Assembly (NCBI GenBank): GCA_020437545.1
Contig: JAGQWH010000005.1
Span: 229-64,228, forward strand
Reading direction: 5' to 3'
DNA: 64,000 nt
DNA from: Ignavibacteriota bacterium
Lineage (GTDB): Bacteria; Bacteroidota; Ignavibacteria; Tepidaquicellales; Tepidaquicellaceae
Part shown: positions 46,688-56,437 of the stretch, piece after piece
Numbering within the stretch: position 1 is the first letter of the stretch
Layout: each line of letters starts with the position of its first letter
Translations under genes and position numbers: made by a program
The notes under the pieces: model-generated
The model's database searches: none
What the model was told of the DNA's origin: nothing
The model's input: only the letters and a program-made list of their open reading frames with translations

Positions 46688-47926
46688 TCAGTTTATTGAT
46701 AAATAAAGTTCTCTGTATTTTTCATCCACTACTTCATCAGACCAGTATTTTTCTGCTTTTTCCCTTGCTCTGATTTCGCATTGTCTCATTTTATCAGAAT
46801 TATTCAGAAGTTTATTCAAAAGTTCAGAAAGTTTTTCGGAGTTTCCCGATGGGAAAATGAATCCGTCCTTTCCGTCCTCTATCTGAGCGTTTGCAATCTC
46901 AGGAATATCAGATCCTATCACCGTCAGTCCGCAGGACATTGCTTCTATTATTGAGATCGGAAATCCTTCCTGCCTTGAAGGCAATACAAAGATATCCGAA
47001 CTCTTCATATATTCATCTACATTGTTTATACTTTTTTCAGTAAAGATCACTCTGTCTTTCAGGTTATCATTGAGAACCTTTTCTTTCAGATCTTCAATAT
47101 ATTTTTGATCATATTTATAAGTTGGTCCTACTATCAGCAATCTCAGATCCGGGAACGATCTTTCAATTTCAATAAATGCATCTACAAGTAAATGCACTCC
47201 CTTTCTTTCATTTATCCCGCCTACAAATAATATGATCCTGCCTTCCTCCCATAATTTCAATTTCCTTCTTAAATTTCTTTTTTCCTCAATTTCAGTCGGA
47301 TTGAATTTGTTTATATCTACGGAATACGGGATCTCACTGACCTTGCTCATGGGAATTTCTGATCTTTCATATATTTCAGTTATGACTTTAGACTTACTCA
47401 CAAACCTGTCAGCCATCTTGTAAAATTTATATCTTAAATGTTTAGGTTTAAAATAGTCTGTCCAATGCGGAAATCTTCCAAGAGATAAAGGGTCATCATC
47501 TCCGATAAGTGATGTTTCGGTAATTACTTTTTTACCAAGCATTTTCCCGATGAATATTGAAACTCTGTTAAATGCAAATCCGGAATTGAAATTATGTATG
47601 TAATCGTAATTATTTCTCAGCTTGTACATGGGTTGTATAAGAGCAAAAAAACATTTCAGTAAATGATATGACTGTTGAAAATAAATTATTAAACCTTTAG
47701 CATCTTCAGGATTCTCATAAAATGTAAGCGGATAAATAAAATCATATTTCTGATCACTTTGTTTATAAGTTCCGTTTCTGTCCCAGCCGATAATGATGAC
47801 TTCAGAATCGTTTCGGCTGTTTAATCGCAATGCATATTTTAAAGCAGCAACTTCTGCTCCACCGTATGATGGAGGAAGTATTGCCGTTACAATGCAGACT
47901 TTAAAAATATTAGTTTTATTATGCAA
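46688..47926 (-). CDS. GT4 glycosyltransferase
   Basis: 412 aa. C-domain PSRQEGFPISIIEAMSCGLTVIGSDIPEI. Confidence 0.85.
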   Translation of the reverse strand: MHNKTNIFKVCIVTAILPPSYGGAEVAALKYALRLNSRNDSEVIIIGWDRNGTYKQSDQKYDFIYPLTFYENPEDAKGLIIYFQQSYHLLKCFFALIQPMYKLRNNYDYIHNFNSGFAFNRVSIFIGKMLGKKVITETSLIGDDDPLSLGRFPHWTDYFKPKHLRYKFYKMADRFVSKSKVITEIYERSEIPMSKVSEIPYSVDINKFNPTEIEEKRNLRRKLKLWEEGRIILFVGGINERKGVHLLVDAFIEIERSFPDLRLLIVGPTYKYDQKYIEDLKEKVLNDNLKDRVIFTEKSINNVDEYMKSSDIFVLPSRQEGFPISIIEAMSCGLTVIGSDIPEIANAQIEDGKDGFIFPSGNSEKLSELLNKLLNNSDKMRQCEIRAREKAEKYWSDEVVDEKYRELYLSIN

Positions 47927-47952
47927 TAATCTCAGTGAAGGTGGGTTCAGGT

Positions 47953-47986
47953 ATTACAAAAAATAAATCATATTATTTTTTGTAAT
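47953..47986. repeat. Perfect 14-bp AT-rich inverted repeat in a 173-bp intergenic gap
   Basis: ATTACAAAAAATAA-ATCATA-TTATTTTTTGTAAT. It lies between the stop of 48100..49224 and the start of 46688..47926. Confidence 0.6.
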
Positions 47987-48099
47987 TGTTTGATCTAAAA
48001 ATATTATTTGAATTGTAAAAAATTTCTGAAACCGGATATCCGTTATTAAAATTATATTTTGTAAATATAAATCAAATGTATCTTTAAAAATAATCAGGC

Positions 48100-49224
48100 T
48101 TAATTTAAAGCTTTTATTTTTTCACAGAAATATCCTACAGGATCTTCCGGAATAAGTTTAACAATATTTTCACGGGCCTTTTTCCCTATCTCTTTCCATT
48201 CAGATCTTCTTGCCCAGGCTCTTTCCAGCGCTTCATCCACAAGACTTACTTCAGCTGCTTTTGCGAGGAATCCGTTAACGTTATCAATGACGATCTCCGG
48301 ATTACCGCTTACGGCAGTGACTATTCCAAGCCTTGAACATAACATTGCTTCCACCAGCGCCAACGGCAGACCTTCATATCTGGAAGTCAGGATCAGAGCC
48401 TGATTTTTCCCCCAAATTTCAGATACATTAACATGTCCGCAAACATTTACTTTCTCCAGTCCGAAATATTTTTTCAGTTTAACTATTGAATTCGTATGAT
48501 CGCCTTTACCGTATAAATTCACTTCAAGATTTCTTTCTCTCCATTTCTTTTCGTTTAATACCTGAAACAGTATATCCTGTCCTTTTGCATAATATTCATG
48601 CCTTGCAACATTGGCCAGTGAATAGATCTCACCCGGATCAGGATATTCCATATTATTTCTGAAATCTGTATTGAAAGGATTATATATAACCTCTGCATTA
48701 GGGATCTTTCTTCCGATCTGAATTTCCGTTAATCTTAAATTTGCCTTACTTACAAAATAATTCTTCAGTGCTTTAGGAAATACATCACTTAATCTGTAAC
48801 TGATCCTGTCTGTCGGCCAGCTTGCTTCATTGGCAGCCTGAGCTATTGTTACAAATTTAAAATTATTCTTTACACAGAATTCCATTAAAGCAAGACCTCC
48901 TGTATTTCCTCCCTGGTTTATTATCGTAAGATCAGGTTTTTCATGTTTTAAAAACTTATATCCGTCAACCGCATAGCTCAGCTGATGCGTAGCGGGCAGA
49001 ATTCTGTTGATAATTTTTTTAATATTGGAATTGTCAGTATTATATCTGACCTTAATGTTTTTTGACTCCAGATTTAATATTTCAACGGGAATATGCCTCC
49101 ATCTTGGAATACTTACATTTACATTATACCCGTCTTTAGCTAACCTTAAAGCCGCATAATACCATAAATATTCACTTCCTCCCCAGGCTGATTTATTGGT
49201 CGAAATAAAAGAAATCTTCTTCAA
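48100..49224 (-). CDS. GT4 glycosyltransferase
   Basis: 374 aa. C-domain TSRYEGLPLALVEAMLCSRLGIVTAVSGNPE. Confidence 0.8.
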   Translation of the reverse strand: MKKISFISTNKSAWGGSEYLWYYAALRLAKDGYNVNVSIPRWRHIPVEILNLESKNIKVRYNTDNSNIKKIINRILPATHQLSYAVDGYKFLKHEKPDLTIINQGGNTGGLALMEFCVKNNFKFVTIAQAANEASWPTDRISYRLSDVFPKALKNYFVSKANLRLTEIQIGRKIPNAEVIYNPFNTDFRNNMEYPDPGEIYSLANVARHEYYAKGQDILFQVLNEKKWRERNLEVNLYGKGDHTNSIVKLKKYFGLEKVNVCGHVNVSEIWGKNQALILTSRYEGLPLALVEAMLCSRLGIVTAVSGNPEIVIDNVNGFLAKAAEVSLVDEALERAWARRSEWKEIGKKARENIVKLIPEDPVGYFCEKIKALN

Positions 49225-49292
49225 TAGTTGATTTAAATTTATGTAAAAAACAGTTTGCTAAAAATAATTCTAATTTTTTAAAAATGCTTACC

Positions 49293-50429
49293 TTATTTTT
49301 TTAGCATACTATTTGTTTTGTTTATTATCTTTATGACTTTGTCCAGATTAAGTCTTAAAAGCAATGCTTTAATCTTTAATTTATTGTTTATTTTTCTCTG
49401 ACTCCTGTTCAGATATTTGCTTTCTACGGTTGATAAACATAATTTAAGCATTTCCCTGTCGCCCGCTGTATAAGCCTTTCTTGCTTCAGCAAAAATCAGA
49501 CTGTTAATTACTTTTGCCGCAAGCTCCGGATATTCATCTTTTTGATCAAAATTAAAATCAAGATCATAATTTTCTTCAACTTTAAATCCGTAAATTTTTT
49601 TCAATGCTTCAGCGTGTCCGGTCATTCCGTTCTTTAATGCTATGGAATAATAAATATTTATATGCTCATCAAGAAAATCGTTATTGGATGTCTTTGAACC
49701 TAAATGAAACCGGAAATAAGCAAGCTCTTCATTCAGGATCCTGATCCTATTCTGACCATATTTAAAGAGATATTTTATCCACATCTCCTGATCCATTATA
49801 AAATGCAGTTTAGTATTCAGACCGCCAAGTTCTTTTATGAGATCCAGTTTTATAAAAGTTGAAGGCTGATGAACATGAACCAGTGCAATCGATTCTGCAA
49901 TGGTATCTCTTAACTTTAATTTTACAGTCTTATATCTGTCTTCTCCTTCATAAAAAAATCTGTAATCACCTGCTATTATGTCCGTAACTGAAGGATCAAA
50001 ATTTTCTACAAGTCTTTTAAAACAATCCCTGTCATAATAATCATCACTGTTTATCCAGTTAAAAATTTCTCCCGAGCATTCTTTCAATCCCTTGTTTATT
50101 GCGTCTGATTGACCTTTATCCTTTTCACTTACCCAGTACTTAATCCACTTTTCATATTTTTTTATTATCTCAACTGAATTATCAGTACTGCCTCCGTCAA
50201 TAATAATATATTCCAGATTCGGATAATTCTGTAACAGAACCGATCTTATGGTCTCTTCAAGATATTGTCCCTGATTATAACTTGGAGTTATTATGGAAAT
50301 TTTTGGAAAGCTCTTTAAACTTTCATAATCAGACTCTGATCTCTCCGATTCCCAGGGCCAGCCTTTTTTACCTTCAGGCGGCTCCGGATATTTTGATGAT
50401 ACTTTATTTATTATCAATTCATTTTCCAT
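49293..50429 (-). CDS. GT2 glycosyltransferase
   Basis: 378 aa. ISIITPSYNQGQYLEETIRSVLLQNYPNLEYIIIDGGSTDNS and WINSDD. Confidence 0.85.
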   Translation of the reverse strand: MENELIINKVSSKYPEPPEGKKGWPWESERSESDYESLKSFPKISIITPSYNQGQYLEETIRSVLLQNYPNLEYIIIDGGSTDNSVEIIKKYEKWIKYWVSEKDKGQSDAINKGLKECSGEIFNWINSDDYYDRDCFKRLVENFDPSVTDIIAGDYRFFYEGEDRYKTVKLKLRDTIAESIALVHVHQPSTFIKLDLIKELGGLNTKLHFIMDQEMWIKYLFKYGQNRIRILNEELAYFRFHLGSKTSNNDFLDEHINIYYSIALKNGMTGHAEALKKIYGFKVEENYDLDFNFDQKDEYPELAAKVINSLIFAEARKAYTAGDREMLKLCLSTVESKYLNRSQRKINNKLKIKALLLRLNLDKVIKIINKTNSMLKK

Positions 50430-50437
50430 AAAGAATT

Positions 50438-51637
50438 CTATCGATAGTAACTACTTAGTTCAGACATAAAATTATGAATACTCACTTCCGGATCCAGAAC
50501 TTCATTATATAAATTATTGCAACCAGAGACTTTAGATTCATATCCTGAAATTATATTATAAATCCCTTCTTTAATTTCATCTGCAGAATCTATAATATAA
50601 CCAAAATTATATTTTTCATTAAGAGAATTGTAAATTTTATTTGAAGTCGTGATAGTTGGTTTACCAAGCATTATGTATGTTGAAAATTTACCCGAAGATA
50701 ACCCGATCTCCTCTACGTTCTTTCCGGAAAATGAATCCTCATAATTCGGGAAATAAACTGCAAGCCCGATATCACATCCTGATAAAAATTCTGAATATTC
50801 TGAAAAATCCGTAAAAGGCTTATTATGAAAAGATATATTCTGTTTATCACTGATCAGTTTTCTGATCATGTCCTTGGTTTCATTTCCTTCGGGAAGATCA
50901 TTGTGAGTATGTATCAGAAGCCAATGATCATTATCCCATTTACAGGGAAAGAGTGCAAGGATTTTTTTTATTCCGCTCCAGTTTTGAAGTGAGCCTGAAT
51001 ATACTATGATCGTTTTATTTTCAGGAATGTTTAACTCTTTTTTCATATCGGTATTACCATACGGTTCCGGAATTTTCTCAGGTGAAACAGGAATGTGTAA
51101 AAACTTTATTCCGCTGCCAAGATCATTTGCTGACTTTAATAATTTCTCTCTCTCAATATCCTGTATTACAATAAATTCAGATTTTTTTGAATACTCTTTC
51201 TCCAGTTTCTTTATCTGCTTTTTATCCGGATCTTTGATCTCATCTTCAAAAAATATTTCAAAGGATGCATAGATCAATTTCATGTTTATGATCTTTTTTA
51301 TCCTCCCACCGAATACGATACCCATCGGATCAACACATATTAAAGCTTTTACATCATTATTTATTCTTAATATCCTGTAAAGTTCAAGATACTGTTTTAC
51401 CAGTTTAAGAATATCAAATATTCTCCTTGAAGGATCCGGTCTGCCGAAAAATGAAATAAAATTAAAAGGTAAAGAATGCAACTCAATTTTCTCTCTGATT
51501 TCAGAAGGAATGAATATCTGCTGATGTCCGAAAAATATAATTTTATAATTCTGAGCGATCAGTTTTCTTATCATTATTAATAAAGTCGGATTACTGAATG
51601 TATCAGTATTAGGGGTTATTATTGCAATCGCCTTCAA
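50438..51637 (-). CDS. Hypothetical protein, possible GT-B-fold glycosyltransferase
   Basis: 399 aa. Its two-Rossmann-like layout (MKAIAIITPNTD...; ...IIVYSGSLQNWSG...) is inferred only from sequence pattern. There is no canonical E-x7-E block. Confidence 0.4.
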   Translation of the reverse strand: MKAIAIITPNTDTFSNPTLLIMIRKLIAQNYKIIFFGHQQIFIPSEIREKIELHSLPFNFISFFGRPDPSRRIFDILKLVKQYLELYRILRINNDVKALICVDPMGIVFGGRIKKIINMKLIYASFEIFFEDEIKDPDKKQIKKLEKEYSKKSEFIVIQDIEREKLLKSANDLGSGIKFLHIPVSPEKIPEPYGNTDMKKELNIPENKTIIVYSGSLQNWSGIKKILALFPCKWDNDHWLLIHTHNDLPEGNETKDMIRKLISDKQNISFHNKPFTDFSEYSEFLSGCDIGLAVYFPNYEDSFSGKNVEEIGLSSGKFSTYIMLGKPTITTSNKIYNSLNEKYNFGYIIDSADEIKEGIYNIISGYESKVSGCNNLYNEVLDPEVSIHNFMSELSSYYR

Positions 51638-51659
51638 AAAATTATCTGTCTTTTAAACA

Positions 51660-52433
51660 CTAATTCTTATTCTTTAAAACAGTAAATCCATACCATGTTT
51701 TATCTGATAAATTTTTCCCAGTTAACCATTCTTTAGTATATATGTTCTCCAGAGCAAACTTTTCGCTGATGCTATCTATCTCGGGCAGAAATAAATACCT
51801 CATGTTATGTGTTTCATTAAACTTTTTTATCCTATGGGTTTTCAGATCCTTGACCTCTACTTTAAAATTTATTACAGCAAGATTATCATTGACCTTCATT
51901 TCAGGAACAGTATGCCTTTTGATTTCAATGTCATCGTTTTTCATTATCTTAGTTCTCTTCTCGGGTCTGTCACTTAAAACTGCCGGTCCATACCAGAAAT
52001 CAAAAATAAAAAGTCCATCTTTTTTTAAATGACTTTTTACCGTTTTAAATACTGAATCCAGATCTTCATTAGATGTCTGATAATTTATCACATGAAACAA
52101 AGAGGTAATCACATCATATTTAGACAGCAACTTAATTTTTCTGATGTCACCTTTATAAAATTTTAGGGATATTTTTTCATTTTTATTTTCATTCAGCATT
52201 TCTTTGGCAGCTGTATACATTTTTTCGGAGATTTCAACACCGGTAGTATTAAATCCTTTGCGTGAAAATAACAGGTCATGTCTTCCGGTACCGCAACCCA
52301 GATCAAGAATAGACTTCGCATCAGGTTTGTATTTTCTGATGAACTTTAAAATGTAATCAGTCTCCTTCTTATAATTTTTACTCTTATAAAGAAGATCATA
52401 ATATTTTGCATAAGCATCAAATACTCTGCTCAT
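51660..52433 (-). CDS. Class I SAM-dependent methyltransferase
   Basis: 257 aa. Motif I ILDLGCGTGRH, then YDVITSLFHVINY and LKKDGLFIFD. Confidence 0.85.
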   Translation of the reverse strand: MSRVFDAYAKYYDLLYKSKNYKKETDYILKFIRKYKPDAKSILDLGCGTGRHDLLFSRKGFNTTGVEISEKMYTAAKEMLNENKNEKISLKFYKGDIRKIKLLSKYDVITSLFHVINYQTSNEDLDSVFKTVKSHLKKDGLFIFDFWYGPAVLSDRPEKRTKIMKNDDIEIKRHTVPEMKVNDNLAVINFKVEVKDLKTHRIKKFNETHNMRYLFLPEIDSISEKFALENIYTKEWLTGKNLSDKTWYGFTVLKNKN

Positions 52434-52434
52434 A

Positions 52435-53226
52435 TCATTTCAAAAATTTAATGTATTCTGTGTCTTTGAAATAATCATACACTTCATTATAATTTGAAAT
52501 TATTTTTTCCAGATCTTCCGGTACGATCCTCTTAAGATCTGTCCTCACTTTTACAGGTTCTAATCCGAGATATCCGAAAATTTTATCTGCTGTTTCCTGA
52601 TGCTTTGAATTTTCTATCAGGTCATCTTCATATGTAATTGTAATATGATCTATATCCTTTAAATTTTCCGATTCTGTTTTATTGACAACTTCCGAGTATT
52701 GAATTCCCTCCATCAGCTGATCACAATCCACTTTCACTTTCACAGGAGAGTTTTCATCACCATTTTTGAGATGAAAAATTCTTGTCTGAGCTGAAATAAT
52801 ATTTGAAAGCTTGTGTCTGAAATAATTGTCCCGCTTTAAATAAATAAATTTGTATCCATCATTGAATAATTTCCTCAGTATTTCCTCATAATTGTCATAT
52901 TCATGCTCATATCTTAACTGAGCAATCTTTACTTTAAAGCCATAGACTGATTTCCCGTGTTTTGCTGCTCTTTTACTGCAGCTCTTTATATACATTTCGG
53001 GAAATTTTATTTTGGATCCGCTGTAAAGAAAATTAAAAATTTCAACATCGCAGAACACATCCGGATGACAGTTTAAAAGATCTGTAAGTACAGTACTGCC
53101 TGTTCTTCCCCTGGTGTAAATTAAAAACTTTGATTTCGGATAATCCAAACGCGGATTTACCAGATCTATATATTTACTTTTCTTTAATGATTTTTTTAAC
53201 TCACTTAAATTTATACTCAGCCCCAC
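52435..53226 (-). CDS. Putative sulfotransferase (Stf0/Sulfotransfer_3-like)
   Basis: 263 aa. FLIYTRGRTGSTVLTDLLNCHP resembles the 5'-phosphosulfate-binding loop (R-x-G-S-T) of bacterial carbohydrate sulfotransferases. A later YLKRDNYFRHKLS resembles the 3'-phosphate-binding region. Confidence 0.5.
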   Translation of the reverse strand: MGLSINLSELKKSLKKSKYIDLVNPRLDYPKSKFLIYTRGRTGSTVLTDLLNCHPDVFCDVEIFNFLYSGSKIKFPEMYIKSCSKRAAKHGKSVYGFKVKIAQLRYEHEYDNYEEILRKLFNDGYKFIYLKRDNYFRHKLSNIISAQTRIFHLKNGDENSPVKVKVDCDQLMEGIQYSEVVNKTESENLKDIDHITITYEDDLIENSKHQETADKIFGYLGLEPVKVRTDLKRIVPEDLEKIISNYNEVYDYFKDTEYIKFLK

Positions 53227-54353
53227 TATTTAAGAATATGTTTTAAGGTTAATATAATATGGTCAATATCTTTTGAATCCATAGGCACATATAAAGGAAT
53301 CATAAAACTCCTGTCACATGCATCTTCTGATACAGGCAGTCTTAAATTTTTATATTCATCTCTATAAGAAGTTTCTCTGTGAGCAGTTAGTACTCCCCTT
53401 CGCGATGAGATACCAGCATCAAGAAGTTTTTGCATCAGTTCATTTCTGCTCAGCGGTGCGCTATCTTTCAGATAAATGGAAAATGACTGATAGTTTGAGA
53501 AATATCCTTCTTTTTCAATAGGTAACACCAGACATTCAATACTACTGAGCTCTTCGATATATTTCAAAGCTATCTTTCTTCTTTCTTCAATTATATGGTC
53601 AAGTTTTTCCAGTTGTCTCAGACCTATGGAAGCCTGTATGTCTGTCATCCTGTAATTGTATCCGAGAACAATATGATCTTCAAAAATTAATTTTCCTGAT
53701 TCGTGTCTTGTTCTGTCATTCACCGACATTCCATGCTGCCGTAGTAATTTCACTTTATTATAAATACTCTCATCATCAGTCGCAATCATTCCTCCTTCGC
53801 CTGTTGTAATTACTTTTCTGGGATGAAATGAAAAACAAACTATACCGGAATGAGAACCTATTTTTTTACCTTTATAAGAAGAACCAATTGCACATGCAGC
53901 ATCTTCTATAATTTTTATATTATATTTATCTGATAATTTCCTGAATGCATCTATGTCAGCCGGCATTCCAAGCTGATGAACAAGAATTATTGCTTTGGTT
54001 TTATCCGTGATCAGACTTTCTGCATGATCAGCATTCAGATTATAAGTATCCCTGTCGACCTCACCGAATACAGGTGTTGCTCCTGCATATCTTATGCAAT
54101 TTGCCGATGCAACATAACTCATGGATGGTGTTATCACCTCATCACCTTCTCCTATTCCCGAAACTATCATTGCAAGATGCAAAGCAGTTGTGCAGTTGGA
54201 AACTGCTGCTGCATACTTTGCGCCGGTATATTCGCAAAACCTTTTTTCAAATTCTTCTACTCTCGGACCCTGAGTAACCCAGCCGGTGAGTATTGTATCA
54301 TATGCGCTCTGAGCTTCATCAGTTGTAAGATATGGCTTTGCAATTGGTATCAT
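53226..54353 (-). CDS. DegT-family sugar aminotransferase (WbpE-like)
   Basis: 375 aa. IPIAKPYLTTDEA...GWVTQGPRVEEFE, and PLP-lysine block SFHPRKVITTGEGG. Confidence 0.9.
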   Translation of the reverse strand: MIPIAKPYLTTDEAQSAYDTILTGWVTQGPRVEEFEKRFCEYTGAKYAAAVSNCTTALHLAMIVSGIGEGDEVITPSMSYVASANCIRYAGATPVFGEVDRDTYNLNADHAESLITDKTKAIILVHQLGMPADIDAFRKLSDKYNIKIIEDAACAIGSSYKGKKIGSHSGIVCFSFHPRKVITTGEGGMIATDDESIYNKVKLLRQHGMSVNDRTRHESGKLIFEDHIVLGYNYRMTDIQASIGLRQLEKLDHIIEERRKIALKYIEELSSIECLVLPIEKEGYFSNYQSFSIYLKDSAPLSRNELMQKLLDAGISSRRGVLTAHRETSYRDEYKNLRLPVSEDACDRSFMIPLYVPMDSKDIDHIILTLKHILK

Positions 54354-54427
54354 TTTTTAAATAATTGTTTTTTAAAATATACCTTCAACATTTTTCAGCT
54401 AATATCAGAAATTTTTATTTACTTGTT

Positions 54428-55357
54428 TTATAAAAGCGTATCCGAATAAGATCTGACACTTACAGATGGAATTTCTATATTTCCTGTTCCGGAGTTTTGC
54501 CATTCGGTTAATCTTATTGTACCCGAACCGCATAAAACCTCTATACCTTTTTCGTCAATATCAATGACTCTTCCTGCTATTCTTCCTGTAAAAGACTTTT
54601 TATTCATTTTACCTGATTCGGCTTTTCTTATTACATACTTCTCACCTTTATGGACACAGAATGCTCCGGTAAAAGGATAAGCAAGTGCTCTGATCAGATT
54701 ATATATTTTTTCCGAATCCGAATTCCAGTTTATCTTTCCGTCTTCAGGTGTTCTTTTGCATGTGTATGTTGCTTTACTTTCATCCTGGCTGATAAATGAA
54801 TTCTGTTTCAAAGATTTCTTTCTGATCAGATCAAGAAATGTTTTAACCGTTACATATATTAGTTTATTTTCAACTTCATTAGCATACTCATTTTTTTTGA
54901 GCTTTAATTTTTTCTGAATAAGGATGCTGCCTGAATCTACTCCCCCCTTTTCAATCCTGAAAAAAGTCACTCCGATATTCCTGTCCCCGTTTATTATAGC
55001 CCATTGCATCGGAGCAAAACCTCTGTATTTTGGCAAAAGTGAATAATGCGCAGCAATTATTCCGTATCTACAATATGAATTTAGTTCGGTTTCAATCATC
55101 GTTCTCCAGCCATATACAAATATTATATCAGGTCTGATCTTTCTGATGATAGCGTGATCTGTTTCTGATAATTTCTTTTTAACCGTATATCCTATTCCGT
55201 TTTGTTTAAAAAGATTTACTATCTTATCTGAATATTTAATATTCTCGTGATCATCTTCTTTGCAAATTACAGAATATGCAGGGAAAATATTTTTAGAGAT
55301 CGCTGAACTTATGAGTTCAAATCCTCCGCGTCCTCCGCCTATGAATATATATTTCAA
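54428..55357 (-). CDS. Sugar N-formyltransferase (Fmt/ArnA-N-like, with Formyl_trans_C domain)
   Basis: 309 aa. IFVYGWRTMI and IIAAHYSLLPKYRGFAPMQWAIINGD (SLLPxxRG/His block), then GVDSGSIL (catalytic Asp region) and a C-terminal OB-like domain. Confidence 0.8.
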   Translation of the reverse strand: MKYIFIGGGRGGFELISSAISKNIFPAYSVICKEDDHENIKYSDKIVNLFKQNGIGYTVKKKLSETDHAIIRKIRPDIIFVYGWRTMIETELNSYCRYGIIAAHYSLLPKYRGFAPMQWAIINGDRNIGVTFFRIEKGGVDSGSILIQKKLKLKKNEYANEVENKLIYVTVKTFLDLIRKKSLKQNSFISQDESKATYTCKRTPEDGKINWNSDSEKIYNLIRALAYPFTGAFCVHKGEKYVIRKAESGKMNKKSFTGRIAGRVIDIDEKGIEVLCGSGTIRLTEWQNSGTGNIEIPSVSVRSYSDTLL

Positions 55358-55409
55358 TGTTATTTAAAAGTAAATTTTTATTTCTGCCTTTTGCAATTAA
55401 CCGGCTTTC

Positions 55410-56414
55410 CTATTTAATCAATACTTCTTTACCCTTATTCTTTATTGACTCCTGTGAAGCTTCAAGAATTTTTATAACTTCCAGACCTGAAATAAAATCC
55501 GAAACAGGTTTTGTGTTATTCATTATTGAAGATATAAAATCCGCTGCCATTAGAGAAAGAGCTTCTTTCTGATCAAGTTTAGGTGTAAAAATATCACCTG
55601 TCCGGTAATCAACAAGAATGTTCTTTTTATCCTCATCTGTCTTGTGTTCATAACCGGTATCATAAACTTTTATTTTCTCGGTCGGTTCTATATCATTAAA
55701 AACGATCATCTTTTTATCGCCGCCTATCAGCATCATTCGTATCTTTACAGGCGAGCTCCATGAGCAGCTGAAATGCGCAATCAATCCGGAGCTGTAATTT
55801 ACTATTATATATGCAATATTCTCTATCCCGTTGTTAGTATGTGAAACACCATTCGCGTTCAGACTGAATGGCTTTTCCTTTATAAGATAATTCAATATCG
55901 AAATGTCATGAGGCGCAAGATCCCACAGTACATTTACATCGGGTTGAAATAATCCCAGATTTATCCTTGTCGAATCAAAATATTTTATGTTTCCAATCTC
56001 TCCTTTTGTTATAAGGGATTTCATTTTCTGAACCGAGCCTGTGTATAAGAATGTATGATCAACCATCAGAACTTTGTTCTTCTTTTCAGCCAATTCAATA
56101 AGCGTTATTGCTTCTACTGTCCCGGAAACCATCGGTTTCTCAAGCAATACATGTTTATCATTATTCAGTGCTTTTAAAGCAAAATTGTAATGAGTATGAA
56201 CCGGAGTAGCTATTACTACTGCATCAATTTCATTATCATTTAAAATAATATCGGGCGAGGTAACAAATTGAGCTGTGGGACAGAGTTTTTTTAAACCGGC
56301 TTCCCTTTCCTTTCTGATATCAGCAACATATTTTACATTTACTTCCTTTAGCGCAGCGAAATTTCTTACCAGATTTGTACCCCAGTATCCGAAACCAATT
56401 ATTCCTATGTTCAT
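55410..56414 (-). CDS. Gfo/Idh/MocA-family NAD-dependent sugar oxidoreductase (WbpB-like)
   Basis: 334 aa. MNIGIIGFGYWGTNL Rossmann motif and the VLLEKPM signature. Confidence 0.85.
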   Translation of the reverse strand: MNIGIIGFGYWGTNLVRNFAALKEVNVKYVADIRKEREAGLKKLCPTAQFVTSPDIILNDNEIDAVVIATPVHTHYNFALKALNNDKHVLLEKPMVSGTVEAITLIELAEKKNKVLMVDHTFLYTGSVQKMKSLITKGEIGNIKYFDSTRINLGLFQPDVNVLWDLAPHDISILNYLIKEKPFSLNANGVSHTNNGIENIAYIIVNYSSGLIAHFSCSWSSPVKIRMMLIGGDKKMIVFNDIEPTEKIKVYDTGYEHKTDEDKKNILVDYRTGDIFTPKLDQKEALSLMAADFISSIMNNTKPVSDFISGLEVIKILEASQESIKNKGKEVLIK

Positions 56415-56437
56415 TTAAAATTCTATGATTTATTATT

